64,000 nucleotides of DNA, from the IMG/VR virus record IMGVR_UViG_2595698964_000001, positions 79,987 to 143,986 of that record; one strand, given 5' to 3'. Made by a program: the position numbers and the translations under genes. This DNA is from a virus. Lineage: Duplodnaviria; Caudoviricetes. Shown here piece by piece: positions 54,643 through 62,873 of this stretch; within the stretch, counting starts at the first letter, position 1; each line of letters opens with the position of its first letter. The notes beneath the pieces are model-generated. The model searched no databases, was not told the origin of the DNA, and was given only the letters and a program-made list of their open reading frames with translations.

Positions 54643-54948
54643 ATGAGTGCTCTAGCAAATACAATAGCGCTACTAAAAGCTGAGATGCGCCGGGCGTTAG
54701 AGATACTAGAAAGCAAGGGCGACTACATCTGTAATGTGGAAGGTGTTGTAGAAACTCGTTACTCAGTACATGAGCCATATGTATGGACGACTCGAGACAA
54801 AGAAACCGCCGAACTAAGAGCAAAACTAAGGGAAATAAGAAGGGACTCTATCAGACTTGAGAAAGAGATTTTTACAGAGCTCCCGAATTGGAAGCGTGAA
54901 GAACTCGTTAAGAAATGGGAAGAGAAGCATGGACAAATTGGAAGCTAG
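54643..54948 (+). CDS. Hypothetical protein
   Basis: RBS GGAGG before ATG 54643. Confidence 0.65.
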   Translation: MSALANTIALLKAEMRRALEILESKGDYICNVEGVVETRYSVHEPYVWTTRDKETAELRAKLREIRRDSIRLEKEIFTELPNWKREELVKKWEEKHGQIGS

Positions 54949-54998
54949 AGATGATGAACGCAGTTCGGTATGGATATAATAATTAAGGAGGTAACTTT

Positions 54999-55223
54999 AT
55001 GTTTAGTCCAGCCTTTATTGAGATCGCAAACGAAGAAAACGATGTTACACTTGTTCCGGTGAGAAGTATTTTATATGTAGAAGAGTACAGTGATGATTTG
55101 TTTCTTGTACATTATAACGATGATAACACACCGCCGTTGAGAATTAAAAAAGACGTCTACAAGTCTATGCTTATGAAACTAAAAGAATACCAAATGCTAG
55201 TTGACCATAACGTTGAATACTAG
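54999..55223 (+). CDS. Hypothetical protein
   Basis: RBS AAGGAGG. Confidence 0.65.
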   Translation: MFSPAFIEIANEENDVTLVPVRSILYVEEYSDDLFLVHYNDDNTPPLRIKKDVYKSMLMKLKEYQMLVDHNVEY

Positions 55224-55234
55224 GAGGAAATAAC

Positions 55235-55846
55235 ATGAGATCATTAGCTGAGATTGTAACCCAACTGAAAAACTGTAACTATACTTGCGAGGCTGGACCA
55301 CTCGTAAATAACGTGTATTTTGCAGAGCTAGCTCTTATTGCGGGTGTTGATTTGTTTAACTCGAGAGATCAACTTTCTAGAAAAGTTGTAATTTCCGAAG
55401 CTAAGAAGGACATCAAAGAGCTCCTCGCACGTAACCGTAACTTGAAAACATACGAATTAACAGTTATCAAAAAAGGTACGCATATCATTGTGTTAGCTAG
55501 CAGCAAAGGCGACTACTTTGGTCGTAGAACATTTACAGGGTCAGCGAGTTGCTCGAGTGAAGACTGTTTTAACTTGTACATTGGATTCGCGATAGCGTTG
55601 CGGAGGGCTCTTGGTCTATACGTCCCTGAGAAGTATTTAAACGCCCCTGCGCCGACTCATCCTGAAATTAACGACCTAGTGGAGTACTTGAACCCTCTTA
55701 ATGGGAAATTGAGAACAGACTATTTGGAAGAGGAAGGTAGCAGAAAAGGCATAAGTCCTTTAAGTATGGCAGCAAAACATATTGAACGAATTGTTGATGA
55801 TTCCAAGGTTTCATTCGAGAAGTTCTGCGAGGAGTTTGGACTATGA
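55235..55846 (+). CDS. Hypothetical phage protein (composite)
   Basis: RBS AGGAGG; CEAGPL.NN and G.A.CS.ED.FN..IG..IAL.RA motifs. Confidence 0.65.
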   Translation: MRSLAEIVTQLKNCNYTCEAGPLVNNVYFAELALIAGVDLFNSRDQLSRKVVISEAKKDIKELLARNRNLKTYELTVIKKGTHIIVLASSKGDYFGRRTFTGSASCSSEDCFNLYIGFAIALRRALGLYVPEKYLNAPAPTHPEINDLVEYLNPLNGKLRTDYLEEEGSRKGISPLSMAAKHIERIVDDSKVSFEKFCEEFGL

Positions 55847-56130
55847 GTAAGGGAAGAGCTTTCTTTATGGAAACTGATGAGGGGTTTTACAAGCTCATTC
55901 CGGAGAAAGACCCGGTAAAGGCAATATATCATGCTTGGAACTACGAGCGTCCTGTATACTGTTCTGAAGACACAAGAATTCCGGGGAGGCTTGTCTTTCA
56001 TCCTTTTGAAAGTAACGAAACCAATTCTGATTGGCTTGAGTCTCTAAGTCTAAAGCTTATTGACCATAACAAGTACAGAAAACTTCAGAGTACAAAGACA
56101 GGAGAAGTATTTGAGCATACTTTAGTGTAG
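55843..56130 (+). CDS. Hypothetical protein
   Basis: ATGA overlap; RBS AGGAG. Confidence 0.6.
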   Translation: MSKGRAFFMETDEGFYKLIPEKDPVKAIYHAWNYERPVYCSEDTRIPGRLVFHPFESNETNSDWLESLSLKLIDHNKYRKLQSTKTGEVFEHTLV

Positions 56131-56158
56131 AACTCGCGAAAGAGAGGAGAGGAGTTTC

Positions 56159-56287
56159 TTGAGTACAATTGGTGCTCTGGGGATTTTACTTGTAATTCTA
56201 TTTGTAATGTTTATGACGGTTTTCCTAACGCTATCAGGGTTCTTTATGATGTGTTACTCGGTTAAACGTATGTTCAACCGTCGGTAA
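56159..56287 (+). CDS. 42-aa membrane peptide
   Basis: RBS GAGGAG; MSTIGALGILLVILFVMFMTVFLTLSGFFMMCYSVKRMFNRR; missing from ORF track. Confidence 0.6.
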   Translation: MSTIGALGILLVILFVMFMTVFLTLSGFFMMCYSVKRMFNRR

Positions 56288-56301
56288 ACCTAACGCGGGA
56301 G

Positions 56302-56332
56302 GGAGTAAATTTTGAAACGCCTCCCTTTATTT
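56302..56332 (+). promoter_or_regulatory. Middle-type promoter overlapping a terminator-like hairpin
   Basis: GGAGT-N19-TTTATTT; GGGAGG/CCTCCC inverted repeat. Confidence 0.65.
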
Positions 56333-56361
56333 GTTTTAACTTACGTTATATGGAGGGATGC

Positions 56362-56520
56362 TTGATCAATAGTTCGTTGAGAGACGTGTTATCTAGAAAA
56401 AGGTATTACATACATCGTAGAAGGCAACAGAACATCGCTGCTAGACGATTTACTGGTATAAGAATAAAAAGATACCGTAAATGGTTAAGACCAAAATTAG
56501 AGGTATTTAAACATGAATAA
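56362..56520 (+). CDS. 52-aa Arg-rich peptide
   Basis: RBS GGAGGG with TTG; MINSSLRDVLSRKRYYIHRRRQQNIAARRFTGIRIKRYRKWLRPKLEVFKHE. Confidence 0.55.
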   Translation: MINSSLRDVLSRKRYYIHRRRQQNIAARRFTGIRIKRYRKWLRPKLEVFKHE

Positions 56521-56538
56521 CTATGAGGAGGAATAACT

Positions 56539-56814
56539 ATGAATTATTATGAAGTTAGTGACCCATATTATGCGCTTATTCAGTCTGAGAGTAAAGAAGA
56601 AGCCGAAAAGATTTATGATAAAAATGTAGCCCACGTTGATGACTATAAAAATTTTAAAGATGAGGAAATCAGAGAGGTGTCTCGAGACTACGCTCTTGTA
56701 AGGTTCGCCCAAACAAAAAATGATGCTGGAGAGTTAGAACCTCTAGAACGAATTTTAGAAGAATTTGGAAATGCAGAAATCCCTGTTCTGATCTGGGATG
56801 GCGCTTTAGTTTAA
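56539..56814 (+). CDS. Hypothetical acidic protein
   Basis: RBS GAGGAGG; YYEV.DPYYALI motif. Confidence 0.65.
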   Translation: MNYYEVSDPYYALIQSESKEEAEKIYDKNVAHVDDYKNFKDEEIREVSRDYALVRFAQTKNDAGELEPLERILEEFGNAEIPVLIWDGALV

Positions 56815-56831
56815 TAAAAGGAGGGACTAAG

Positions 56832-57083
56832 ATGAACAAAACAATGTATATTGTAATCGGATTACGTTCGGAGTCAGAGTTATTTACAGATGGTTTGATT
56901 CAGATGGTTGACACTATGGACGAAGCGAAGGAACTTAAAACCAATCTTATTGATGAACGCGGTTGTATTACTGTAATCATTACAGAGACAAAGTCGTTTA
57001 CCCACGTAATAAATGGTAAACCTGTAGAGCACGTCTCTGAAAACAGAAAACCAACAGATTTCTTTGGAGGTTTAGTAAAATGA
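56832..57083 (+). CDS. Hypothetical protein
   Basis: RBS AAGGAGG. Confidence 0.65.
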   Translation: MNKTMYIVIGLRSESELFTDGLIQMVDTMDEAKELKTNLIDERGCITVIITETKSFTHVINGKPVEHVSENRKPTDFFGGLVK

Positions 57084-58033
57084 GTCAAACCTTACAGTTT
57101 CTTGGTTGTGGAAGCGCGTTTAATACAAAGCTTGGTAACAACTCTGCATTCGTCAAACGTGGAAACACTTTAATTTTATTTGACTGTGGAAGTACTGTGT
57201 TCTCACGACTAAAAGAAAGCGGACTTTTAGAAGGCACAGAAGAAATTCACGTTCTCTTAACTCACACTCACCCAGATCATTTTGGATCTCTGGGTGACCT
57301 TATCCTATACAACTACTACGCGATGGAGCCTGTGACCACTAGACAAGTCATTATATACTGCGGAGGGACTTATACTCTTGTTGGAAAGCTACTTAAGGGT
57401 ATGGGGATTCCTCGTAGCGCTTATGCTCTAAAAGATAGCCTTGGTGGTGCGAGCTACTATGGAAAAGATGTAGAGTTTAAGTTGTACCCTGTGAGTACTG
57501 AACACGTTGACGAATTGGATTGTTATGGGTACTCGTTTCATATTGATGGTAAGAAAATTTATTATAGTGGGGACGCCAGTAAAATTCCTGTTAACCAGCT
57601 TTCTGCCTTAAAGAATAAGGAATATGATGAGTTTTATCAAGATACTTGTAGTGTTCTCTATGATGGTAATGTTCATATGTCCCTTACAGAGCTTCATAGA
57701 CAAATACCTCGGGAAGTCCGTTCAAGAGTGTACTGTATGCATTTGGACGAAAAGTTTGATCCAGAAAAAGCGAAACAATATGGATTTAACGTTGTGGAAC
57801 CCGTTAACTTTGAGAAGAGTAACAAGACATCAAAAGCTGTAGAAAATCCTCCGTTGGGAGTTACGCCGAGATGGCTACATGACGAACTTAGATTTAAGGA
57901 GCTTTCTGAAGCTATCGACCGATTTAGAGAGGCTTGTAAACCGATACCTGAAGTTTGGGTTAATGAATACAACAGCTACTTAAAGAAATACGTGGTGAAA
58001 GATGGGGGCTTTGTACATGATAAACAAGCTTAA
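57080..58033 (+). CDS. Metallo-beta-lactamase-fold hydrolase, Apyc1 (anti-Pycsar)-like, with C-terminal extra domain
   Basis: G.GSAF....NNSA, DCG, THTHPDH, HV, YSGD, VH.SL.EL...IP.E...RV..MH. Confidence 0.75.
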   Translation: MSQTLQFLGCGSAFNTKLGNNSAFVKRGNTLILFDCGSTVFSRLKESGLLEGTEEIHVLLTHTHPDHFGSLGDLILYNYYAMEPVTTRQVIIYCGGTYTLVGKLLKGMGIPRSAYALKDSLGGASYYGKDVEFKLYPVSTEHVDELDCYGYSFHIDGKKIYYSGDASKIPVNQLSALKNKEYDEFYQDTCSVLYDGNVHMSLTELHRQIPREVRSRVYCMHLDEKFDPEKAKQYGFNVVEPVNFEKSNKTSKAVENPPLGVTPRWLHDELRFKELSEAIDRFREACKPIPEVWVNEYNSYLKKYVVKDGGFVHDKQA

Positions 58034-58487
58034 CAAGACAACAGTCATCTCAGGATTCCCTGGAGTCGGGAAAAGCTATTTTACTAAACAGCTCGTAAAC
58101 AGAGGAGACAAAGTTGTTCTTGACTCAGATAGTTCAGAGTTTTCTTGGCTTGAACCGGGTGTAAGGCACCCAGATTTCCCTACAAACTACATTGAGCATA
58201 TAAAGGCTAACCTTCAGACAGCTGATATCATCTTTGTCTCGTCTCATAAAGTTGTTAGGGATGCGTTACGGATAGCTGGAGTTGAGTATACACTTGTCTA
58301 CCCGCATAAATCTTTGAAAGAGGAGTACAAACGTCGCTATGAAGCTAGAGGAAGTGACACTAAGTTTATCGGGATGATTGATAAAAACTGGGATAGTTTT
58401 ATAGACGAAATAGAGTCAGAGCTATTCCCTCGACTTGTGAAACTGTACGAGGGAGAAACTCTAGCTGATCTGATTGTACTAGACTAG
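58017..58487 (+). CDS. P-loop nucleotide kinase-like protein
   Basis: VISGFPGVGKS, D.DSS, Y.RR...RG. Confidence 0.7.
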   Translation: MINKLNKTTVISGFPGVGKSYFTKQLVNRGDKVVLDSDSSEFSWLEPGVRHPDFPTNYIEHIKANLQTADIIFVSSHKVVRDALRIAGVEYTLVYPHKSLKEEYKRRYEARGSDTKFIGMIDKNWDSFIDEIESELFPRLVKLYEGETLADLIVLD

Positions 58488-58499
58488 GAGGAGCTAAAC

Positions 58500-58778
58500 A
58501 TGAAAAAGAGAATTTTTGCGGTTGTGCTACTTTGTTTGTTAGTTCTAGGTGCGACGACGGGTTGCGAGAGTTGGAATCGGATGACGAAAGACTTCAGTTC
58601 TTCTGCGAGCGGGCTTGAAAGAACAGCGACAGTTTACGACCAGAATGGTAAAGTGATTAAGACTTATAAAGGGAAGTTTGATATTGAAGTTAACGACTAT
58701 GGTAACAAGGTAAAGTTTGATCTCAACGGGAAGCGTGTAAACATAAATAACGCGACTGTAATTGTCGAGGAAGAATAA
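58500..58778 (+). CDS. Lipoprotein (DUF5052-like)
   Basis: MKKR + hydrophobic stretch + TTGC lipobox; RBS AGGAGG. Confidence 0.75.
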   Translation: MKKRIFAVVLLCLLVLGATTGCESWNRMTKDFSSSASGLERTATVYDQNGKVIKTYKGKFDIEVNDYGNKVKFDLNGKRVNINNATVIVEEE

Positions 58779-58779
58779 T

Positions 58780-58956
58780 ATGTCGATTAGACGCGTTCAG
58801 GTGGCTTATGGAGTCACGAAAAGAAAGAATGAAGCTATGGAAAAGAAGTTGGAGGAGCTCAAGCTTGAAAACGAGCTCCTTAGAAAACAAAACATCCAGC
58901 TTCTAAAGACAATCAAAAACGCGGGAGTGGTACTAGATGAAACGGCTTTATACTGA
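58780..58956 (+). CDS. Small coiled-coil protein
   Basis: RBS GAGGA; LKLENELLR heptads. Confidence 0.55.
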   Translation: MSIRRVQVAYGVTKRKNEAMEKKLEELKLENELLRKQNIQLLKTIKNAGVVLDETALY

Positions 58957-59344
58957 AGATGAATTTAGTGAAAATGTTGTCCATACGCTGACGCTAGAAC
59001 AAGAACAACAGTTACAAGTTTATGTGAGTGACTATGGAAGAGACAGAGCTATTAAACAAATCATTTCTGCTTACAGAGTTCAAGAAGAGCTTAAGAATTA
59101 CCCAGCGATTAAAACGCTTCCAAGACTTATGTTACTTGATATTTTAGTTCGCGGTGTGTATGAGGTACAGAAGACATTTGAAGAGCTATTAGAAGACAAA
59201 CTCCAAGAAGCGAATAAAGAGATGACAAACCATTCTGATAGCATAGAAGACTATGCTTTTCACCACGGGGCGCGTGATATGATTAAGGAGATTATTGAGC
59301 TTTACAAGAGCCATAAAGACGAAGAAGAGCTTGAGACCATCTAA
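58937..59344 (+). CDS. Hypothetical protein (probable paralog of 61615-62034)
   Basis: RBS GGGAG; shared G.Y..Q.T.E..L motif. Confidence 0.6.
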   Translation: MKRLYTEDEFSENVVHTLTLEQEQQLQVYVSDYGRDRAIKQIISAYRVQEELKNYPAIKTLPRLMLLDILVRGVYEVQKTFEELLEDKLQEANKEMTNHSDSIEDYAFHHGARDMIKEIIELYKSHKDEEELETI

Positions 59345-59346
59345 CT

Positions 59347-59619
59347 ATGAAACGTCTTAAAGATATTCTCCCTAATGTAGACCGACAAAGAGTTGCTGTA
59401 GTAGGTGTGATCAAGGATAACGTAAACATATATAAAGGATTAACGTTGTTCAAACATGAAGATATAGAGGAAGTACGATTACATCTCGCAAATGTTTTTT
59501 GTTCTCCCATCGTATATCATAAAAGAGGTTGCTATGATGAGTATAAATTAGCTACTATTAAAGGCGAGGTTTTGTTCAGCGGTAGTCTAGACGATTTTAA
59601 AGCGTTACTCGAGATTTAG
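59347..59619 (+). CDS. Hypothetical protein
   Basis: Tightly packed ORF. Confidence 0.55.
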   Translation: MKRLKDILPNVDRQRVAVVGVIKDNVNIYKGLTLFKHEDIEEVRLHLANVFCSPIVYHKRGCYDEYKLATIKGEVLFSGSLDDFKALLEI

Positions 59620-59630
59620 GAGGGTTAGCC

Positions 59631-59948
59631 TTGGAAGAAGTAGGCTTCACGTTCACCAAAATAGAATTTTCTGTATCTCAAAAGAATCAACTGAGAAACT
59701 ATTTGATAGCTCACGACGAGATTGTAAACATCGAAAACAACATCTATAACGGTATCATTTACGCGTTGAAAAGTCTTAATTTGATGAGAGCTTTCAGAAA
59801 AGTCTCTGAGCCATCTCTTGTTTTCGTAAACTTGACAGACCTCTATGAATTAATAACCAAAACATACTCTCTAGCGTTCTCTGTTGGTATAAGCTTTGTC
59901 CTTAAAACACTAGGGCTGAGGGTGACGCCAAATGTTAAGGCTGTTTAG
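59631..59948 (+). CDS. Hypothetical protein
   Basis: RBS AGGAGGG with TTG; internal duplication GI.Y/F.LK.L.L. Confidence 0.6.
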   Translation: MEEVGFTFTKIEFSVSQKNQLRNYLIAHDEIVNIENNIYNGIIYALKSLNLMRAFRKVSEPSLVFVNLTDLYELITKTYSLAFSVGISFVLKTLGLRVTPNVKAV

Positions 59949-60162
59949 ACGGAAACCGAAAAAGCTCTGTTTTCACGAATGGAGGGTAGCAGATTACTCT
60001 ACATCGACTGTATATAATGGAGTTGATGTAGACTTTGTCGGACACTATAAACTTGGTTGTTTGAACTGCGGTTCTACAAGAGTTCTGGACGAATTTGAAT
60101 ACCGAAGGATGTTAGACAGGGGACTAGTACAAAATTACAAGAAACTTAAAAACAACATATGA
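59932..60162 (+). CDS. Small zinc-ribbon-like protein
   Basis: CFHEW ... CLNCG. Confidence 0.6.
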   Translation: MLRLFRRKPKKLCFHEWRVADYSTSTVYNGVDVDFVGHYKLGCLNCGSTRVLDEFEYRRMLDRGLVQNYKKLKNNI

Positions 60163-60169
60163 GTGAAAA

Positions 60170-60200
60170 GGAGGCAACTTTCAATAAGTTGCCTTTATTT
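60170..60200 (+). promoter_or_regulatory. Middle-type promoter overlapping a terminator hairpin
   Basis: GGAGG-N19-TTTATTT; AGGCAACTT/AAGTTGCCT perfect inverted repeat. Confidence 0.6.
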
Positions 60201-60244
60201 GTATCGTAAGTGGTTAAACTAAAACTAAACCGGGAGAGAGTAGT

Positions 60245-60586
60245 ATGACAAACTCATTTGGGGAGTACCTACAGAAACAAATTGAGTATGAGAAATCCAA
60301 GCTCGACATAGCAAAACACTTGTCAGCGATGACTGAAGCAAGAAAAGTCTTGGCAGTTTTAACCGAGGTACAACACTATTTCGAACAGCACGAGAAGGAA
60401 GAAGAGATAAGGTACAATGAACTACTTAAAAAGTACAATACTCTTCTAGGCGGGCTTGACAAAGCTTTACATTACCTCGCTAATGAAGACACTACAGACG
60501 TGTATGTTGTCGACGCGATTCATAGCGATCTTGTAAACTTAATGAAAGGAGCATTAACCAATGATGATGAAGCGAAAACCATTTAA
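60245..60586 (+). CDS. Hypothetical helical protein
   Basis: RBS GGGAGAG. Confidence 0.6.
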   Translation: MTNSFGEYLQKQIEYEKSKLDIAKHLSAMTEARKVLAVLTEVQHYFEQHEKEEEIRYNELLKKYNTLLGGLDKALHYLANEDTTDVYVVDAIHSDLVNLMKGALTNDDEAKTI

Positions 60587-61013
60587 AGATACCTTGTATA
60601 CACTTAAGCATATCCCTCTAATTTTCACGGTGTTATCTATCTCTTTCTATGTTTTACTCTGGCTCGCGGATAAGGACGACTTGTTAGTGTTTGTTATTCC
60701 TATGATGGTGACCATGTTACTCTTTATACTACTCGTTAACATAGTTATTGACATGGGAAAACATCTTTGGGATAGACATGTTGTAAAAAGGAGTAAAGAA
60801 GACAAAGGCGACTTTATTTACTTGTATAAACCCGTTGAAGTTACGGAGACTTCTTCTAACTTCGTAGTTTTCTGTATCTTTACCGGATTAGTGATCATAG
60901 TTGCTGGAGTATTTATCCACTTCGGACTTACTAAATTGTTACTAGCCTTACTAGCCGTTGAGATTGTATGGAGTATTTTAAAAGTTGTATATGATTATTT
61001 TAGAAGGGGTTGA
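60561..61013 (+). CDS. Four-TM membrane protein
   Basis: Two hydrophobic hairpins; RBS AAAGGAG. Confidence 0.65.
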   Translation: MMMKRKPFKDTLYTLKHIPLIFTVLSISFYVLLWLADKDDLLVFVIPMMVTMLLFILLVNIVIDMGKHLWDRHVVKRSKEDKGDFIYLYKPVEVTETSSNFVVFCIFTGLVIIVAGVFIHFGLTKLLLALLAVEIVWSILKVVYDYFRRG

Positions 61014-61213
61014 AACTGATGCAATATGAGTATGATGAGATAGAAGTCGCAATTAAGACAAGCAGTAATTCAAAATATAACTGGTACATCTTTGGACCGC
61101 ACGGGTCTCACTCCCTGTTAAGCTTACTTAACCGGATTGGAGAGGATGGTTGGGAGCTTGTCGGTGAAATCGGAGGAGTCCTTATTGTTAAACGGAAACG
61201 GGAGTTGTTATAA
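61010..61213 (+). CDS. DUF4177-like small protein
   Basis: QYEY ... LNRIGEDGWELV ... KR. Confidence 0.6.
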   Translation: MKLMQYEYDEIEVAIKTSSNSKYNWYIFGPHGSHSLLSLLNRIGEDGWELVGEIGGVLIVKRKRELL

Positions 61214-61386
61214 TGTCTGACCTTAAGATAGGTAGTAGAGTTGAACATGTTCATAGAGGTAAAGGGACGTTGTTAGACTTCTGTGTATTTGGAAAAGACG
61301 TAATAGTTGAGTTTGATGAAGACAGTGCTTCTAAAGGGAAAACGCTTGTTGTAGACGCGGACTTACTTAAAAAGATCGACGATTAA
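61213..61386 (+). CDS. 57-aa SH3/Tudor-like protein
   Basis: RBS GGGAG; MSDLKIGSRVEHVHRGKGTLLDFCVFGKDVIVEFDEDSASKGKTLVVDADLLKKIDD; missing from ORF track. Confidence 0.65.
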   Translation: MSDLKIGSRVEHVHRGKGTLLDFCVFGKDVIVEFDEDSASKGKTLVVDADLLKKIDD

Positions 61387-61399
61387 TGGAGGGTAACTG

Positions 61400-61615
61400 A
61401 TGGACAATTACATTGCGAATAACGTACAACTAGGCGAGAAGACATCTTTTGAGGTAGATGAAGTGTTGACTAGTCTCGCAGTATTACTGGACGACGTAGT
61501 CCCTAAAATCCATAAAGAAGAGGTAGCTAAAGCAGTAAACAAGCTTAGAGAGGAAGTTGATTCTGACTTAGAAGACAAAGAGTCAGGAATGAACGAAACG
61601 AAGGAGGACAAATAA
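61400..61615 (+). CDS. Hypothetical acidic protein
   Basis: RBS GGAGGG. Confidence 0.6.
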   Translation: MDNYIANNVQLGEKTSFEVDEVLTSLAVLLDDVVPKIHKEEVAKAVNKLREEVDSDLEDKESGMNETKEDK

Positions 61616-62034
61616 TGAGTAATGGGTATAAAGTACAACAGCTATACGGAGAAGGGTACAAATACAAGGCACCTACGTATTCATATGAACAGGTAAAAGC
61701 GTTGAAACATCTAGCTAGTCTTGGAGAAGACGTAAGGAAAAAGCAAATATTTGGTTATGGAATAGCCCATTCTCATGGAGCTTGGTCAGCAGAGTTGGAA
61801 CCGTTGAATAGTGTCCCTTTTGAAGACATTATATACTCCTTAACTACAGGCGAGTACGCATACCAACCAACATATGAAGACTACTTAACTGAACAACTGG
61901 AGTATTGGAAAAGGACGAAAAAAGACGCACCTTCAATTATGACAGGAGACCTCGCGACGAGAGCCATTGAAGTATTGACAGAGGCTCTTATGATGTACCG
62001 ACAACTAAATCAAGTTAATAAGGAGGGCGAATAA
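61615..62034 (+). CDS. Hypothetical protein (probable paralog of 58937-59344)
   Basis: RBS AAGGAGG. Confidence 0.65.
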   Translation: MSNGYKVQQLYGEGYKYKAPTYSYEQVKALKHLASLGEDVRKKQIFGYGIAHSHGAWSAELEPLNSVPFEDIIYSLTTGEYAYQPTYEDYLTEQLEYWKRTKKDAPSIMTGDLATRAIEVLTEALMMYRQLNQVNKEGE

Positions 62035-62035
62035 G

Positions 62036-62374
62036 ATGAATAGAGTGAAGATGTTAGAAGTTTCAAAAGCAAGACTCGATGTTTACAGAGAACTAACAAG
62101 AACATGGGGTGAGAAAGCGATTGAGTTGGAACAGGCGCTAGATATAGCGATTAATGCTAGACTAGGGACGTATACAACGATGCTACTCTCTGACGAGCTA
62201 GCAAAGTGTAGGGCTCATTATGAAGATTTCCTCGGTAAACGCGATAGTCTAACAAAACATATAACGGAGTTAGAGAACGATGTACCAGCGAAGCCAACAG
62301 GTTCAGACCATATCGAGGCGCTTAAGGACGCTATTCACCCTAACGAGCTTGAAGACGAGATTAAAGGAGAATGA
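62036..62374 (+). CDS. Hypothetical coiled-coil protein
   Basis: RBS AAGGAGG. Confidence 0.65.
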   Translation: MNRVKMLEVSKARLDVYRELTRTWGEKAIELEQALDIAINARLGTYTTMLLSDELAKCRAHYEDFLGKRDSLTKHITELENDVPAKPTGSDHIEALKDAIHPNELEDEIKGE

Positions 62375-62377
62375 CGT

Positions 62378-62524
62378 ATGGTTTACGATGGGTTAGCCGC
62401 GATTGTTGGTGCGAAAGTTGTTGAAGTGAGTGAACATTTAATTGTTTTTGATAATGGAATCCGGATAGAATGCGAAGACGTTGAAAGCTATCTAAACGTG
62501 TCGGAATATGAAGCGGGGGAATAA
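62378..62524 (+). CDS. 48-aa acidic hypothetical protein
   Basis: RBS AAAGGAG; MVYDGLAAIVGAKVVEVSEHLIVFDNGIRIECEDVESYLNVSEYEAGE; missing from ORF track. Confidence 0.6.
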   Translation: MVYDGLAAIVGAKVVEVSEHLIVFDNGIRIECEDVESYLNVSEYEAGE

Positions 62525-62808
62525 TGATGAAAGTGAAAGTTGCCGAGGATAAACAGCAATTTACGGTAGGGGATGTAATTAAAATACGGGGTGGTTTGTT
62601 TCTTGTAGTAGAAGGTCACTCATCTATGCGTTATATGCAAGGAGACAAAGAGTACCACGAGAAGCGATTCTACCTACTAGCGTTTGACGGTAAGACAGCA
62701 TACTGCGAACCAAGGACGATGAGTGAGCTACATCAGCATGTGTATAGTCATGAAATTGACGTTAAAGTGTATCCAAAAGGAAAGTATTACTTAGAGCTTA
62801 AAGGGTGA
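62524..62808 (+). CDS. Hypothetical protein (SH3-like N-terminus)
   Basis: FTVGDVI; RBS GGGGG. Confidence 0.6.
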   Translation: MMKVKVAEDKQQFTVGDVIKIRGGLFLVVEGHSSMRYMQGDKEYHEKRFYLLAFDGKTAYCEPRTMSELHQHVYSHEIDVKVYPKGKYYLELKG

Positions 62809-62873
62809 AGTGATTCAGAATAGAAGCGCTAGGAGAGTTGTATGGGGACTAAATGAGCTAGGAGGAGATTAAT

